From the IMG/VR virus record IMGVR_UViG_3300044712_001205, positions 4,534-68,533 of that record: DNA of 64,000 nt; one strand, given 5' to 3'. This DNA comes from a virus. Position 1 is the first letter of the stretch. The number at the start of each line of letters is the position of its first letter. The notes under the pieces are model-generated. The model saw only the letters and a list, made by a program, of their open reading frames with translations. It was not told where the DNA came from and did not search any database. Below, piece by piece: positions 1 through 8,901 of this stretch. A program made the position numbers and the translations under genes.

Positions 1-453
1 GGCCTGTGTTTCTCGCACTTCCACGCGATAGCACCACAGCCGTTCTGCTTCAGCAGGACCCCACATCTCAGGAATGTAAACACCGTTGACATACTTGTAG
101 AGTTGATCTGCTAAGCCTTCGCAGCCCAGACGCGGTAGTACCACAATCTTGGCCATTTTCTTCTCTTGTAGCATTTTGAATGTTTCCAAGTCTGGATCAT
201 CCTGTGCTACAATCAGCGTATGATCAAATTGATCTTCTAACACACGCTTGAGTTCTTTGAGTCCACCGTAGTCAGCAGCCCAGTTACGGACGTCCAAGTC
301 ATTGGTGCCAAAGTAAAACTTCATTGAAAAACTGTAACCGTGAATTAGGTTGCAGTGTGAATCAGCACGCCATTGACGATATGCACAGGGAAATGCATCA
401 ACGTACTCTTTGGTACTGGTCCACTTGTAAGTGATTGGTTGTAGATTTGCCAT
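1..453 (-). CDS. queD: 6-carboxy-5,6,7,8-tetrahydropterin synthase (QueD/PTPS family), runs off the window edge
   Basis: Read by hand, not in the ORF track: ATG at 453 after AAGGAG, MANLQPITYKWTSTKEY...AYRQWRADSHCNLIHGYSFSMKFYF...DYGGLKELK...DQFDH; C-x3-HG motif; next to folE. Confidence 0.88.
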   Translation of the reverse strand, partial: MANLQPITYKWTSTKEYVDAFPCAYRQWRADSHCNLIHGYSFSMKFYFGTNDLDVRNWAADYGGLKELKRVLEDQFDHTLIVAQDDPDLETFKMLQEKKMAKIVVLPRLGCEGLADQLYKYVNGVYIPEMWGPAEAERLWCYRVEVRETQA

Positions 454-485
454 CTCTAGTCTCCTTTATGAAAGTAGCAAGTTTG

Positions 486-533
486 ATGGCATGCAGAATA
501 TTTAAAGAGGGATGAATGCCCAAAGTCCTCTGT
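486..533 (-). ncRNA. Candidate preQ1-I-like riboswitch / H-type pseudoknot in the queD leader
   Basis: Minus strand AGAGG-ACUUUGGGCAUUCAUC-CCUCU-UUAAAUAUUCUGCAUGCC; stem AGAGG/CCUCU; loop GGCAU complementary to downstream AUGCC. Confidence 0.45.
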
Positions 534-543
534 AGCCTAATAC

Positions 544-1245
544 TTATCGCGGCGCGAATTCCTGTTGCAACTTAATGTTGTCAAAGAATTCTTTCTTCAC
601 CGACGAATCAGTTTTAAACGCACCTTGTAGCACAGTGGTCTGTGTGAGGCTAGAGTGCGCCATAATACCGCGATTTTCGCAGCATCCGTGTACCGCTTGA
701 ATGTAAACGCCCAGGTCTACTGCTCCTGTGGCCTTGCCAATTTCTCTAGCAATATCGTTGGCTAGTTCTTCTTGTAAAGTACCGCGGCGAGCACACCACT
801 GAGCAATACGAGTGTACTTGCTAAGACCAATAAGTTTTTCTGCGGCGATGATGCCAATGTAAGCGACACCACTAACGGGCTGATGATGATGACTGCACAT
901 AGAGCGCAACTCACTACGTACCACCAACATACCTTCGTAGCGGTCCGCCGAGTCGTTTGGAAATGCTGTTGCGTCTGGTGCTGGGTCATAACGTCCACTC
1001 ATGATTTCGTTGAAGTACATCTTGGCCAGTCTGCGAGCTGTGCCATGACTGTTGGGATCGTTTTCACGATCAATCAGCAGTCGATCCAATACCATTTCAA
1101 AAGCTTCTGTGGCTTCGTCAATGAGCTTGTGTTTGACTTCGGGAGTGACATAGTCACTGATGTTGTCTCCGGCCCAAAAACGTTTTCCGTCTAGGACCAT
1201 TTTTTCGCGAATAGCTTGCGCTAGGGGTTTACTTGAGTCTGTCAA
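544..1245 (-). CDS. folE: GTP cyclohydrolase I
   Basis: SMCSHH, IGLSK, R..LQE, HGCCENRG motifs; TTG start after GGAG. Confidence 0.95.
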   Translation of the reverse strand: MTDSSKPLAQAIREKMVLDGKRFWAGDNISDYVTPEVKHKLIDEATEAFEMVLDRLLIDRENDPNSHGTARRLAKMYFNEIMSGRYDPAPDATAFPNDSADRYEGMLVVRSELRSMCSHHHQPVSGVAYIGIIAAEKLIGLSKYTRIAQWCARRGTLQEELANDIAREIGKATGAVDLGVYIQAVHGCCENRGIMAHSSLTQTTVLQGAFKTDSSVKKEFFDNIKLQQEFAPR

Positions 1246-1289
1246 TTTTTTCTCCGAGTTATAAGGACGAGGATGTCCTGTATTGCGTT

Positions 1290-1318
1290 AGTGTAAAGTA
1301 TTTAGACCAGGAAGTCAA
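1290..1318 (-). promoter_or_regulatory. Sigma70-type promoter for folE with an embedded CTAAATA late-type motif
   Basis: Minus strand TTGACT-17 nt (TCCTGGTCTAAATACTT)-TACACT. Confidence 0.55.
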
Positions 1319-1902
1319 TCCTGTATAGAAATTTTTCTTAGATCTGGATAAGTTACTGCCACAGGAGCAGGGTTGTTTTCCCATAATCCTTTGAGCAATG
1401 CCGATCCAAGTTCGGCTTCTTCGGGTGTGGGCTTGTAATGATACCCAACTCTGAATGTTTGTTGATTCTGCCATGGGCTAATGCTCAAATCTCTACCGTC
1501 GTAACGCATGCGAATAATCTCGTCGTAGGCACGACGGTCATCCAGCAAAATAGCGCCGCCACGGCCGATGTGCAAGGGTTTGGTATGACCAAAACTCAAG
1601 CATTGCATTTGCCCTGACCTATACATGCCTTGCTCACATCTACGTGCAGAGTCCCAGATCCTAGTGCCGTGGAAGTTGTACTCACCAATCCATTCTTCTT
1701 CGCGATAGTAGTATTTGATGCCCAACTTGTGCATAGTCATAGGTATGCTGAGATAGGTGTAAGGAGTCATTACAACTTCTCGCACACGATCGTATCTCAA
1801 ACACAGTTCAATAGCATGTGTACAGCAATCAGTCATGATCGCATATGGTGCACCAGCATACTCTGCTAGTTCTTGTTCGAATTTTAAAATCTTATCAAAC
1901 AT
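1315..1902 (-). CDS. DegT/DnrJ/EryC1/StrS-family PLP aminotransferase (short form)
   Basis: FEQELAEYAGAPYA...CTHAIELCL, WDSA, CLSFGHTKPLHIGRGGAIL (PLP-lysine motif). Confidence 0.8.
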   Translation of the reverse strand: MFDKILKFEQELAEYAGAPYAIMTDCCTHAIELCLRYDRVREVVMTPYTYLSIPMTMHKLGIKYYYREEEWIGEYNFHGTRIWDSARRCEQGMYRSGQMQCLSFGHTKPLHIGRGGAILLDDRRAYDEIIRMRYDGRDLSISPWQNQQTFRVGYHYKPTPEEAELGSALLKGLWENNPAPVAVTYPDLRKISIQD

Positions 1903-1907
1903 GCAAT

Positions 1908-2885
1908 TTAAAAATATTGTTGAATAACACCTTTGCGGTGTAGGTCAGCAGTTACACAATGTATACCACCATCCCAGAAATACCTATGACGGAACGGAAC
2001 AATATGTGGTGTAATTTGATATCTCTGTAATGCATCAAACACTTGCTGATTATATCCAAACACCAAAACGTTTTTTGGGTCCACAATTAGCATGTTCACA
2101 TCAAACACTGTTTCTTCTATATATCCAGTCCAGTGTCCTAACCATGATTCTACAAACTCAATGACTTCAGCATCTTGCTCAAAACCGGGAATCCACCAAC
2201 GGCCTCGATTGCGTTCTTTGAGACGTTGAAATGGTTTGATTGCATCCCAACTTTGTCCAGGCAAATAAACCACTTCCCAACCAGGGTATGTATCTGCATA
2301 GGTAGGAACATCGTACAAACTTATAATCAGCCCCGGACACACTGGGCAATATGTAGCATCACTGTGTCCACCTGTGTTAATTACGTGTACACGATTGTTG
2401 GGAAATTGTGTTTGTAACTGTTCTTTTAATAAAAACTTATTTTGACTGTAGCTATCGGTGCCAAAGAACAAATCGTACCCAATTGGAGCAACCATTGCTC
2501 CATGTATACCTAGGCCAGATTTAATTTCATTACCATTTGCATGAATTCTATCAAGTATGTGTTGATATTGCTGCTGTTCGTCGCAGGTATGATCATACAA
2601 AGTATTTCCGATCATGGCCATACGATCTCTTGGTGCCATGGGAGGGTTTACATAACGTCCATTTTTAAATGTTTCCCTAGGCAAGTCGGGCCTTAATATT
2701 TCGACGTTGAACTCTCGAAGCTTGGAAATAATTTTTTGATAATCTTCTTCGGTTTCTATGGCGATACGCTCAAACAGTTCTCGAACATGCGGAATAGTTA
2801 CCCAAGAATAAAACTCCGGGGGATAGCTTCTGCCAACCACACATACTTCAAGAGGATCCCAATGCTGATACACCGACCAAGACAT
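1908..2885 (-). CDS. Amidinotransferase (glycine/inosamine-phosphate amidinotransferase family)
   Basis: WDPLEVCVVG, PRD, H-S-D, DVNML, C-terminal GGIHCVTADLHR with catalytic Cys. Confidence 0.85.
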   Translation of the reverse strand: MSWSVYQHWDPLEVCVVGRSYPPEFYSWVTIPHVRELFERIAIETEEDYQKIISKLREFNVEILRPDLPRETFKNGRYVNPPMAPRDRMAMIGNTLYDHTCDEQQQYQHILDRIHANGNEIKSGLGIHGAMVAPIGYDLFFGTDSYSQNKFLLKEQLQTQFPNNRVHVINTGGHSDATYCPVCPGLIISLYDVPTYADTYPGWEVVYLPGQSWDAIKPFQRLKERNRGRWWIPGFEQDAEVIEFVESWLGHWTGYIEETVFDVNMLIVDPKNVLVFGYNQQVFDALQRYQITPHIVPFRHRYFWDGGIHCVTADLHRKGVIQQYF

Positions 2886-3826
2886 TACCTATACCAAGCC
2901 CATGCATGTTGAATAACATCATCTAGTGTATAACGACGCCAGTTACACAATTTGCTGAACTTGTCAGCGTTGGCTACCAACACTCCGGGATCGCCTTCAC
3001 GTGCTGAACCAACAGTGACTTGCACTTGGCGGCCAGTAATGCGCTCGGCAGCATCGATAATTTGTTGATTGCTAGTACCTGTGTTGGATCCGAGATTGTA
3101 TACGCCTGCAGGAATGTCCAAGCTCAAGGCTGCAACGTGTGCTTGAGCAATGTCAGCAACATGCACATAGTCACGTACACAGGTTCCGTCTGCGGTATCG
3201 TAGTTGTTGCCGTTGAGCACAAACTCTTGCCCACTGGCAATGCTTTCTAACACTCTAGCAATGATATGTGTGGCACCCAACTCTTGACCGTGTCGAGCTC
3301 GAGGATCAGCACCGCAGGCATTGAAATAGCGAAACGCCACATAGTCAAGATTGTAAGCACGATGATATGCAGCAAGTATCTGCTCTACCATCATTTTGCT
3401 TTCACCATAGGGACTGATGGGTTTCAGCGCATCAGTTTCTTGACAAGGTAGTGCAGCAACTGGAGTACCATATGTTGCTGCACTAGAACTAAAGATAAAA
3501 CGTGTGCGTGGCAAGGCGCTTAACACAATGCCCAACAGGTGCAGAGTCTTGACCACATTGTTGTTGTAATAATCGCTGGGGTTTTTGATGCTGGGACCAA
3601 CAAGGCTAGTGCCAGCACAATGTACAATAGCATCTGGCTGACTCTGAATTATCTTCATATATGACTGATCACTGTCGAAGTCTGCTTGCACAAACTCCAT
3701 GACACCGGCCAAATGATGCGGCAAGGGCCTGCGATCAATGCCTATCACGGTGTGACCAGCATCCAACAATTGAAGGGCGCATTGCCCTCCAATGTAACCA
3801 GACACACCTGTAACTACTACAATCAT
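2885..3826 (-). CDS. galE: UDP-glucose 4-epimerase
   Basis: TGVSGYIG, FSSSAATYG, YGESK, RYFNACGA, DGTCVRDYVHV. Confidence 0.92.
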   Translation of the reverse strand: MIVVVTGVSGYIGGQCALQLLDAGHTVIGIDRRPLPHHLAGVMEFVQADFDSDQSYMKIIQSQPDAIVHCAGTSLVGPSIKNPSDYYNNNVVKTLHLLGIVLSALPRTRFIFSSSAATYGTPVAALPCQETDALKPISPYGESKMMVEQILAAYHRAYNLDYVAFRYFNACGADPRARHGQELGATHIIARVLESIASGQEFVLNGNNYDTADGTCVRDYVHVADIAQAHVAALSLDIPAGVYNLGSNTGTSNQQIIDAAERITGRQVQVTVGSAREGDPGVLVANADKFSKLCNWRRYTLDDVIQHAWAWYR

Positions 3827-5037
3827 GACTCGATCTTTACAACTTGATATTTCTCGTGAGCAGCGTGGTCACGATAGCGGTTACCTGCTCGATTCCACTG
3901 CTCACCTTGGCCAGACATAATATCAACAATACGGTCCACAGTGGCATCGTTCCAGTCGGAAATAAGTCCCATGTTGTGATGCGGTTCACGCAGTAGGTTT
4001 TGCATTTTGTGATAAGCATCGTCTATGCTCCAAGGTACGTAGAGCCTGTTAGGGTCATTGGCAAAAGTTTCAGGAAAACTACGGTAAGCAGGATATAAAA
4101 CATTGCAGCCCAGAGTATCGGCTTCACTGACTGTGTTGGAGACCCAGTCTTGTAGCGCACAATTGAATAACACGCGAGTATTATTAACGAGGGCATAGTA
4201 TTCATCCTTTTTCAAGTTATCGTAGATCTTGAGCTTCCCTTCCGCTTCCATCCTCCGTGCTCTTTCAACATACTCTGGGTTGTTAGACCTGAGCGGGCCT
4301 CCTGAAAATATTGCAAACTCGCATGGCTCTGTGGTAAGCTCGCCATACATCTCAATGAGATCCATAAAGAAGCCCGGCTGCTTCTCTTGATCAAAACGAG
4401 CCGCGAAGCCGACCCTTCTTGGACGATCGCCAAACGGTGTAATTTTTTCACGGCCGCCGATGCGTTCAAGGACTTCGCTCTTTCCGAATGCCAATCCAGA
4501 TATGTTATAGATCGGGGCTGTCCAGCCTGCAATTCGCATGTGGGCGACCATTTCTTCGTTGGTAGCAAGAACTGCACCACCAGAGAAGCTAACCATTTCA
4601 TTGACCATTTTTTCATAGAGATCCATCCAACGAGCCATACCCCACACATGCACAAAGTCATCGGGATCGATAGCTTGTGCCAGACAGCGCACATAGATAC
4701 GCGGAACTTGTTCTCGAGGAATCTGGTTCATGATATAGCCAAGACTTTCAAAGCCAGGCTGGAACATGTCTTCAAAGTAGATCACATCTTCGCCGGTGAC
4801 TTCGCCGTTTTTCATTAGTTGAACCAAGTTCATCATTTGACTCATAGCAAAGAAACTGCGACCGTGTGCATCCAGCACTTGACCCACAGAGATAGCCTGT
4901 GTGCTGTCAATGGTATTGCCGGGTACGTAAACAACGTCTAGGCCACGACGTTCAAACACACGACGATTCCACTCAGTGAGTTGCAGTGTGTATCGGGCTT
5001 CGTAACTTTCCAAGCCCATGTAGAATAGTTTTCTCAT
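3823..5037 (-). CDS. GT-B fold glycosyltransferase (GT4-like)
   Basis: ARFDQEKQP, EADTLGCNVLYP..RSFPE C-terminal GT-B signatures. Confidence 0.7.
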   Translation of the reverse strand: MRKLFYMGLESYEARYTLQLTEWNRRVFERRGLDVVYVPGNTIDSTQAISVGQVLDAHGRSFFAMSQMMNLVQLMKNGEVTGEDVIYFEDMFQPGFESLGYIMNQIPREQVPRIYVRCLAQAIDPDDFVHVWGMARWMDLYEKMVNEMVSFSGGAVLATNEEMVAHMRIAGWTAPIYNISGLAFGKSEVLERIGGREKITPFGDRPRRVGFAARFDQEKQPGFFMDLIEMYGELTTEPCEFAIFSGGPLRSNNPEYVERARRMEAEGKLKIYDNLKKDEYYALVNNTRVLFNCALQDWVSNTVSEADTLGCNVLYPAYRSFPETFANDPNRLYVPWSIDDAYHKMQNLLREPHHNMGLISDWNDATVDRIVDIMSGQGEQWNRAGNRYRDHAAHEKYQVVKIES

Positions 5038-5447
5038 TTTTCGTATAGTCCTTTTGCTTTGACCTTTAGCTGGTTGATCAAATCTTGATCGATTTGATTT
5101 GCCATCTCCTTGGCTGCTTGCATGCTGTACTTTTCGTAAGGATAGTTGTATCTGTAATTTTCTCTGTCCCGCGACAGTTGACGCACTAGATCACTATGTT
5201 CTTCTTCTATACGACCCAGTCTGTTATTTAGATGATAGATGTCTTCGTACAGCCTTCTCAACGGACCACGTTGGCGATCAGCCAGGCCTCCACCGTGTGA
5301 CTCAGGACGAGTCAGCGTTACCATCATCATGAGATCACGCAGTGCTCTTACCACTCTGGGATCCTTGCTGGTCATAGCTTCGTCGAACATGTCAATGAAG
5401 CGTTCTAGATCAAAGTCGGCTTGATCTTTTTCTCGAGCCGCGCCCAT
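5034..5447 (-). CDS. Hypothetical coiled-coil protein
   Basis: ORF in the operon; likely start MGAAREKDQ at 5447 rather than 5537. Confidence 0.6.
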   Translation of the reverse strand: MGAAREKDQADFDLERFIDMFDEAMTSKDPRVVRALRDLMMMVTLTRPESHGGGLADRQRGPLRRLYEDIYHLNNRLGRIEEEHSDLVRQLSRDRENYRYNYPYEKYSMQAAKEMANQIDQDLINQLKVKAKGLYEK

Positions 5448-5449
5448 GA

Positions 5450-5671
5450 TCAATACCTCGAAGCCAAGCGTCGAGTGTCTTCGTCCCACATGTTCTTGGC
5501 ATTCTTGCCCTGTGAGAATTTGGTGTATTGTTGCCATGCATAACTCTTGAAGTTATGCAGGTCTGCTTCGTTGTACCGATAACCGTAGTCTTGGCAGAAG
5601 CCCAGGAACTTTTCCAGTTCATCAAAAAGTTCGTTGACACGGGGATTGGGTTTGATAGCAGGTTTTGCCAT
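5450..5671 (-). CDS. Hypothetical protein (73 aa)
   Basis: AAGGA RBS, tight operon packing. Confidence 0.7.
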   Translation of the reverse strand: MAKPAIKPNPRVNELFDELEKFLGFCQDYGYRYNEADLHNFKSYAWQQYTKFSQGKNAKNMWDEDTRRLASRY

Positions 5672-5689
5672 GATATTTCCTTTGGTTGG

Positions 5690-6382
5690 TTAGAGATTGT
5701 AAAATTCTAATGCTTGTAAAAACATTGACAGATTGTCAACAAATAAATTTGGAGTTTTGCTTTCTAGTAGAGTGTGCCCATAATAGTCCTTGTTGTGAAA
5801 GTAAATAAAGTTTTTTGCTTTTTCTTGTATCCATGTGTCAAGGAACGTATCTGCTGTGTGGTTTACGTGATGGAAAAACATTTCTTGATCGCCTGACATA
5901 AACGGAACAAAATCATGTTGTCCCAGTAAATGTTCTTTGATGACTTGATCAACTCCGGGCAAGCAAAAATCATCCATGCATAGAATAGTATTTTTATGCA
6001 TCAACGGCAATACTTTAAAGACATCGTTAAGCACAGTCTGATATGAATGATCACCGTCAATATGTATAAAATCAAATTGCTCAGTTAGTGCAAGATTTTT
6101 ACTTGGCATCTCTAAAAATTTTACATTGTAAGTTGGGAATAGTTGATCGAACGGTTCTTTAAACTTATAACAGATGTCTACAGAAGTAAAGTTTGCGTCT
6201 GCCCCAGCTGCTTCTAGAAGAAGCCCCAATGTCTGTCCGGCATAAAATCCAATCTCTAGAATAGACTTAGGGCGAAAATATTCACATGTTTTCCACATCA
6301 AGTAAATGTCGTTGGACAAACGCATCCGAGGCTTCGGAAACAATTCAATGTTATTTAGAACAGTTGATTGATGTAACTTCAT
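5690..6382 (-). CDS. Class I SAM-dependent methyltransferase (Methyltransf_24-like)
   Basis: ILEIGFYAGQT, FDFIHIDGDHSY, MDD motifs; visibly AT-rich. Confidence 0.8.
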   Translation of the reverse strand: MKLHQSTVLNNIELFPKPRMRLSNDIYLMWKTCEYFRPKSILEIGFYAGQTLGLLLEAAGADANFTSVDICYKFKEPFDQLFPTYNVKFLEMPSKNLALTEQFDFIHIDGDHSYQTVLNDVFKVLPLMHKNTILCMDDFCLPGVDQVIKEHLLGQHDFVPFMSGDQEMFFHHVNHTADTFLDTWIQEKAKNFIYFHNKDYYGHTLLESKTPNLFVDNLSMFLQALEFYNL

Positions 6383-6825
6383 CAGACATTGATAGATTGT
6401 GCAGGACGATGAGTTTCATATTTGATGAGAGCGCCGTTTTCACCATCTTCGGCTACTTCGATCCAGACCGCACGACCGGGATAGCGATTTGCGATTTGAT
6501 CGTACAGATCGTCAGACATCATTTCGCAGGATTTGTAATCAAGTTGGAGGGTTCCGTCTCGATAGAGATTTTCGAGCCAGCGTTTGAACTGGATGAACTC
6601 AATATCTCGGTCGTTGTGTAAGACATCAATCCATACACGGAAATGGAAAATATGACGATGAGGAACGCCCAGGAAAGACACGTCATACTCGTCGCCAGTA
6701 GCCAACGCAGGGTCGGTGGCTGCTGCTGGATAACGATGAATGCCTTCCTTGCGAAACGTGACCCAAATCTTTCGTTCAGCATGTTGTTTGATTCTTTCCA
6801 CTGTTTCTCTTTGTTCTTGGTTCAT
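6382..6825 (-). CDS. Second QueD-like (T-fold) protein
   Basis: EGIH...PHRHIFHF...IEFIQFKR...SCEMMS...IEVAEDGENGA resembles the PTPS layout; start MNQEQ at 6825 overlaps the upstream stop. Confidence 0.55.
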   Translation of the reverse strand: MNQEQRETVERIKQHAERKIWVTFRKEGIHRYPAAATDPALATGDEYDVSFLGVPHRHIFHFRVWIDVLHNDRDIEFIQFKRWLENLYRDGTLQLDYKSCEMMSDDLYDQIANRYPGRAVWIEVAEDGENGALIKYETHRPAQSINV

Positions 6826-7337
6826 ACTGTTTTGTCCTCGTTGTATTGATCCCAGCTGGTAAAAGTTTCTCTTGTCATTAGGCTGTGTAAACTGTGTGTC
6901 CACACACCCGGATTGGTTGCGTCAAAATCGTTGTCATCGATCTTGAGCATGGTATTGTAGTTCCATAGTCGGACGTATGGAATGCTCAAGCGAATCTGCG
7001 GAATAAAGTTATTGTATTCACACAATCCAGAGTCATTGAAGTTCTCAACACACTTGATTGGGATATCCAAACTGCACAGATATCCTCGGTCAAGGAAATA
7101 TGTGATCATTGATTCCCAACGTTGCCATGCCAAGTGATCCTCAGGATCGGGATGGAAACTGTGATTGGCTCCAAAGAAGATATGCTCTATGCCTCTTGGG
7201 TTCATGTCAAAGTGATGAGCAATTTCATCAACAGGTTGTACACCCACAACAAACAAAGTTTGTTTGCCAAATGCAGGCGTTTTTTCTACTTCCTTGCCAA
7301 AGAAAAAGTCTACGTTGTCATGACCTTCACGATTCAT
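6822..7337 (-). CDS. Hypothetical protein in the TGT/QueD cluster
   Basis: 171-aa ORF overlapping both neighbours. Confidence 0.75.
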   Translation of the reverse strand: MNREGHDNVDFFFGKEVEKTPAFGKQTLFVVGVQPVDEIAHHFDMNPRGIEHIFFGANHSFHPDPEDHLAWQRWESMITYFLDRGYLCSLDIPIKCVENFNDSGLCEYNNFIPQIRLSIPYVRLWNYNTMLKIDDNDFDATNPGVWTHSLHSLMTRETFTSWDQYNEDKTV

Positions 7338-8901
7338 TGTGAATATCCTCTTCCATTTTGTCCAATGCTGATGTGTCTAATTCTACAGTATCATCGGTGG
7401 TTTCGTCAACTTCTGGTTGCTCGAAACTGAACAATGCATTGAATTGAGTACGAGCGTTTTTGGTTTTCTTGCCTTTGAATCCGCGTGTGCCCACAATCTG
7501 CATCCAATAATCATCGTAACTTTCGATTATGGATTCGGCAGTTTCGCGATCGGGTGCAGCAAAGATCTGCTCCACAATGTCTTCAAAGTACGCATAGTCG
7601 CCGCCATTGCGTTGCATCATAGCAGGATGTTCTCCTGCATCAAAGCGTCGGTTGGCTTCTTGTACCGCAGTCAAGTGCATCCAAACATTGTGACCCATGA
7701 GCAATGCATAGCTGAAGCTGTCCCAACTAGTTTTGCCCTCTTTACCAATCTTGTTGAGATCGCCAGGCTTGTAGATGCAAATGTCTTTCATCTTAAACAA
7801 GTCGCTGAGTGGACTGTCCTGCCACACAGGGTAGATGCCGTCGGCTACTACACCTGCTGACCACTTTCTTGTGTCTGTGGCATATTTTTTGTCATCGGCT
7901 GAAGGAGCCATGCGGTACGACCACTTGCCGTCCTGTGGGAATACATTTTCGAAGTAGACTTGTCCGTTTGCTGTGGCAAGGAACGGTGAGGCGCAATCAA
8001 AAGAGATGGTAAACGATGGGTTGACATATTTCCTTACGGCACGTTGAATAACAGTTAAGAGAACTGCCCACTCTAGCTTGCTGGTTCCAAGAAAGTGCAT
8101 CCAATCATGCACACCCTGTTGCAGCAAGTTATCATAGCGCAGTGCAACCAGTCGTTTCAAGACCAAATGCACATCGCACATGTTTTGTCCACCCATGGCC
8201 CAACCATCAAAGTGTGTGTCCGGATATACAGCAGGATCACAGAACTCTTTCATGGTCTGGTACCATTGTTCAGCTGAAGTATGGTTGTCGCCCTGCAACA
8301 CGTTCAAGAAACGTGCGCCACCACGGTTCTTGCCTTTACGGTTTTGCATGAAGTAAAGGTTATTGAACTTGGTAGCGTCCACAGCTTCTTGCAGTGTAGT
8401 AATACCGCAGGCGTCTGAAGCTTTTTTGTCGTGGATAACCCAAGTGGGGATATCCAGGATCATGCCATAGTCGGCAACGTTGTCTAGCCAGTTGAGAATC
8501 AGTTGTCGCTTTTTCTGGGCCTTAGCACAACCTGAGTTGGCTTTCCAATCACCTTCCCAAAGACCTTTAGCGATCTGGAAACCGCCCGAGTCCCCAAGGA
8601 TGAACGTGCCAGGTTCACGGTTCCGGACCATGTCCTCTGACCAGTCTTGTTTAGCAAGATCGAGATTTGCATGCCCTCCAGAGTATAAGCTCCAACGGTA
8701 AGGGAACAAAGCTTTTGTGGAATTAAGCCAGTTAAGTTGTTCCATGTCCTTAATACCCTGAGGAAATCTAGCTGGATCAACATACTGCTCATTCCTTTGC
8801 TTGCCTATGAACGTGGCATAGAAGCCAGAGATAGCTGGCAAGAACACAGCATAGTCTGATTGCTTTGCTGTGAGATTGTCTTGAACAACAGGTTCAGTCA
8901 T
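7327..8901 (-). CDS. TGT/DpdA-like guanine transglycosylase
   Basis: ILGDSGGFQI, MILDIP, NVLQG, GWAMGG, HFLG, SFDCAS, GHN motifs of the TGT TIM barrel. Confidence 0.8.
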   Translation of the reverse strand: MTEPVVQDNLTAKQSDYAVFLPAISGFYATFIGKQRNEQYVDPARFPQGIKDMEQLNWLNSTKALFPYRWSLYSGGHANLDLAKQDWSEDMVRNREPGTFILGDSGGFQIAKGLWEGDWKANSGCAKAQKKRQLILNWLDNVADYGMILDIPTWVIHDKKASDACGITTLQEAVDATKFNNLYFMQNRKGKNRGGARFLNVLQGDNHTSAEQWYQTMKEFCDPAVYPDTHFDGWAMGGQNMCDVHLVLKRLVALRYDNLLQQGVHDWMHFLGTSKLEWAVLLTVIQRAVRKYVNPSFTISFDCASPFLATANGQVYFENVFPQDGKWSYRMAPSADDKKYATDTRKWSAGVVADGIYPVWQDSPLSDLFKMKDICIYKPGDLNKIGKEGKTSWDSFSYALLMGHNVWMHLTAVQEANRRFDAGEHPAMMQRNGGDYAYFEDIVEQIFAAPDRETAESIIESYDDYWMQIVGTRGFKGKKTKNARTQFNALFSFEQPEVDETTDDTVELDTSALDKMEEDIHNES

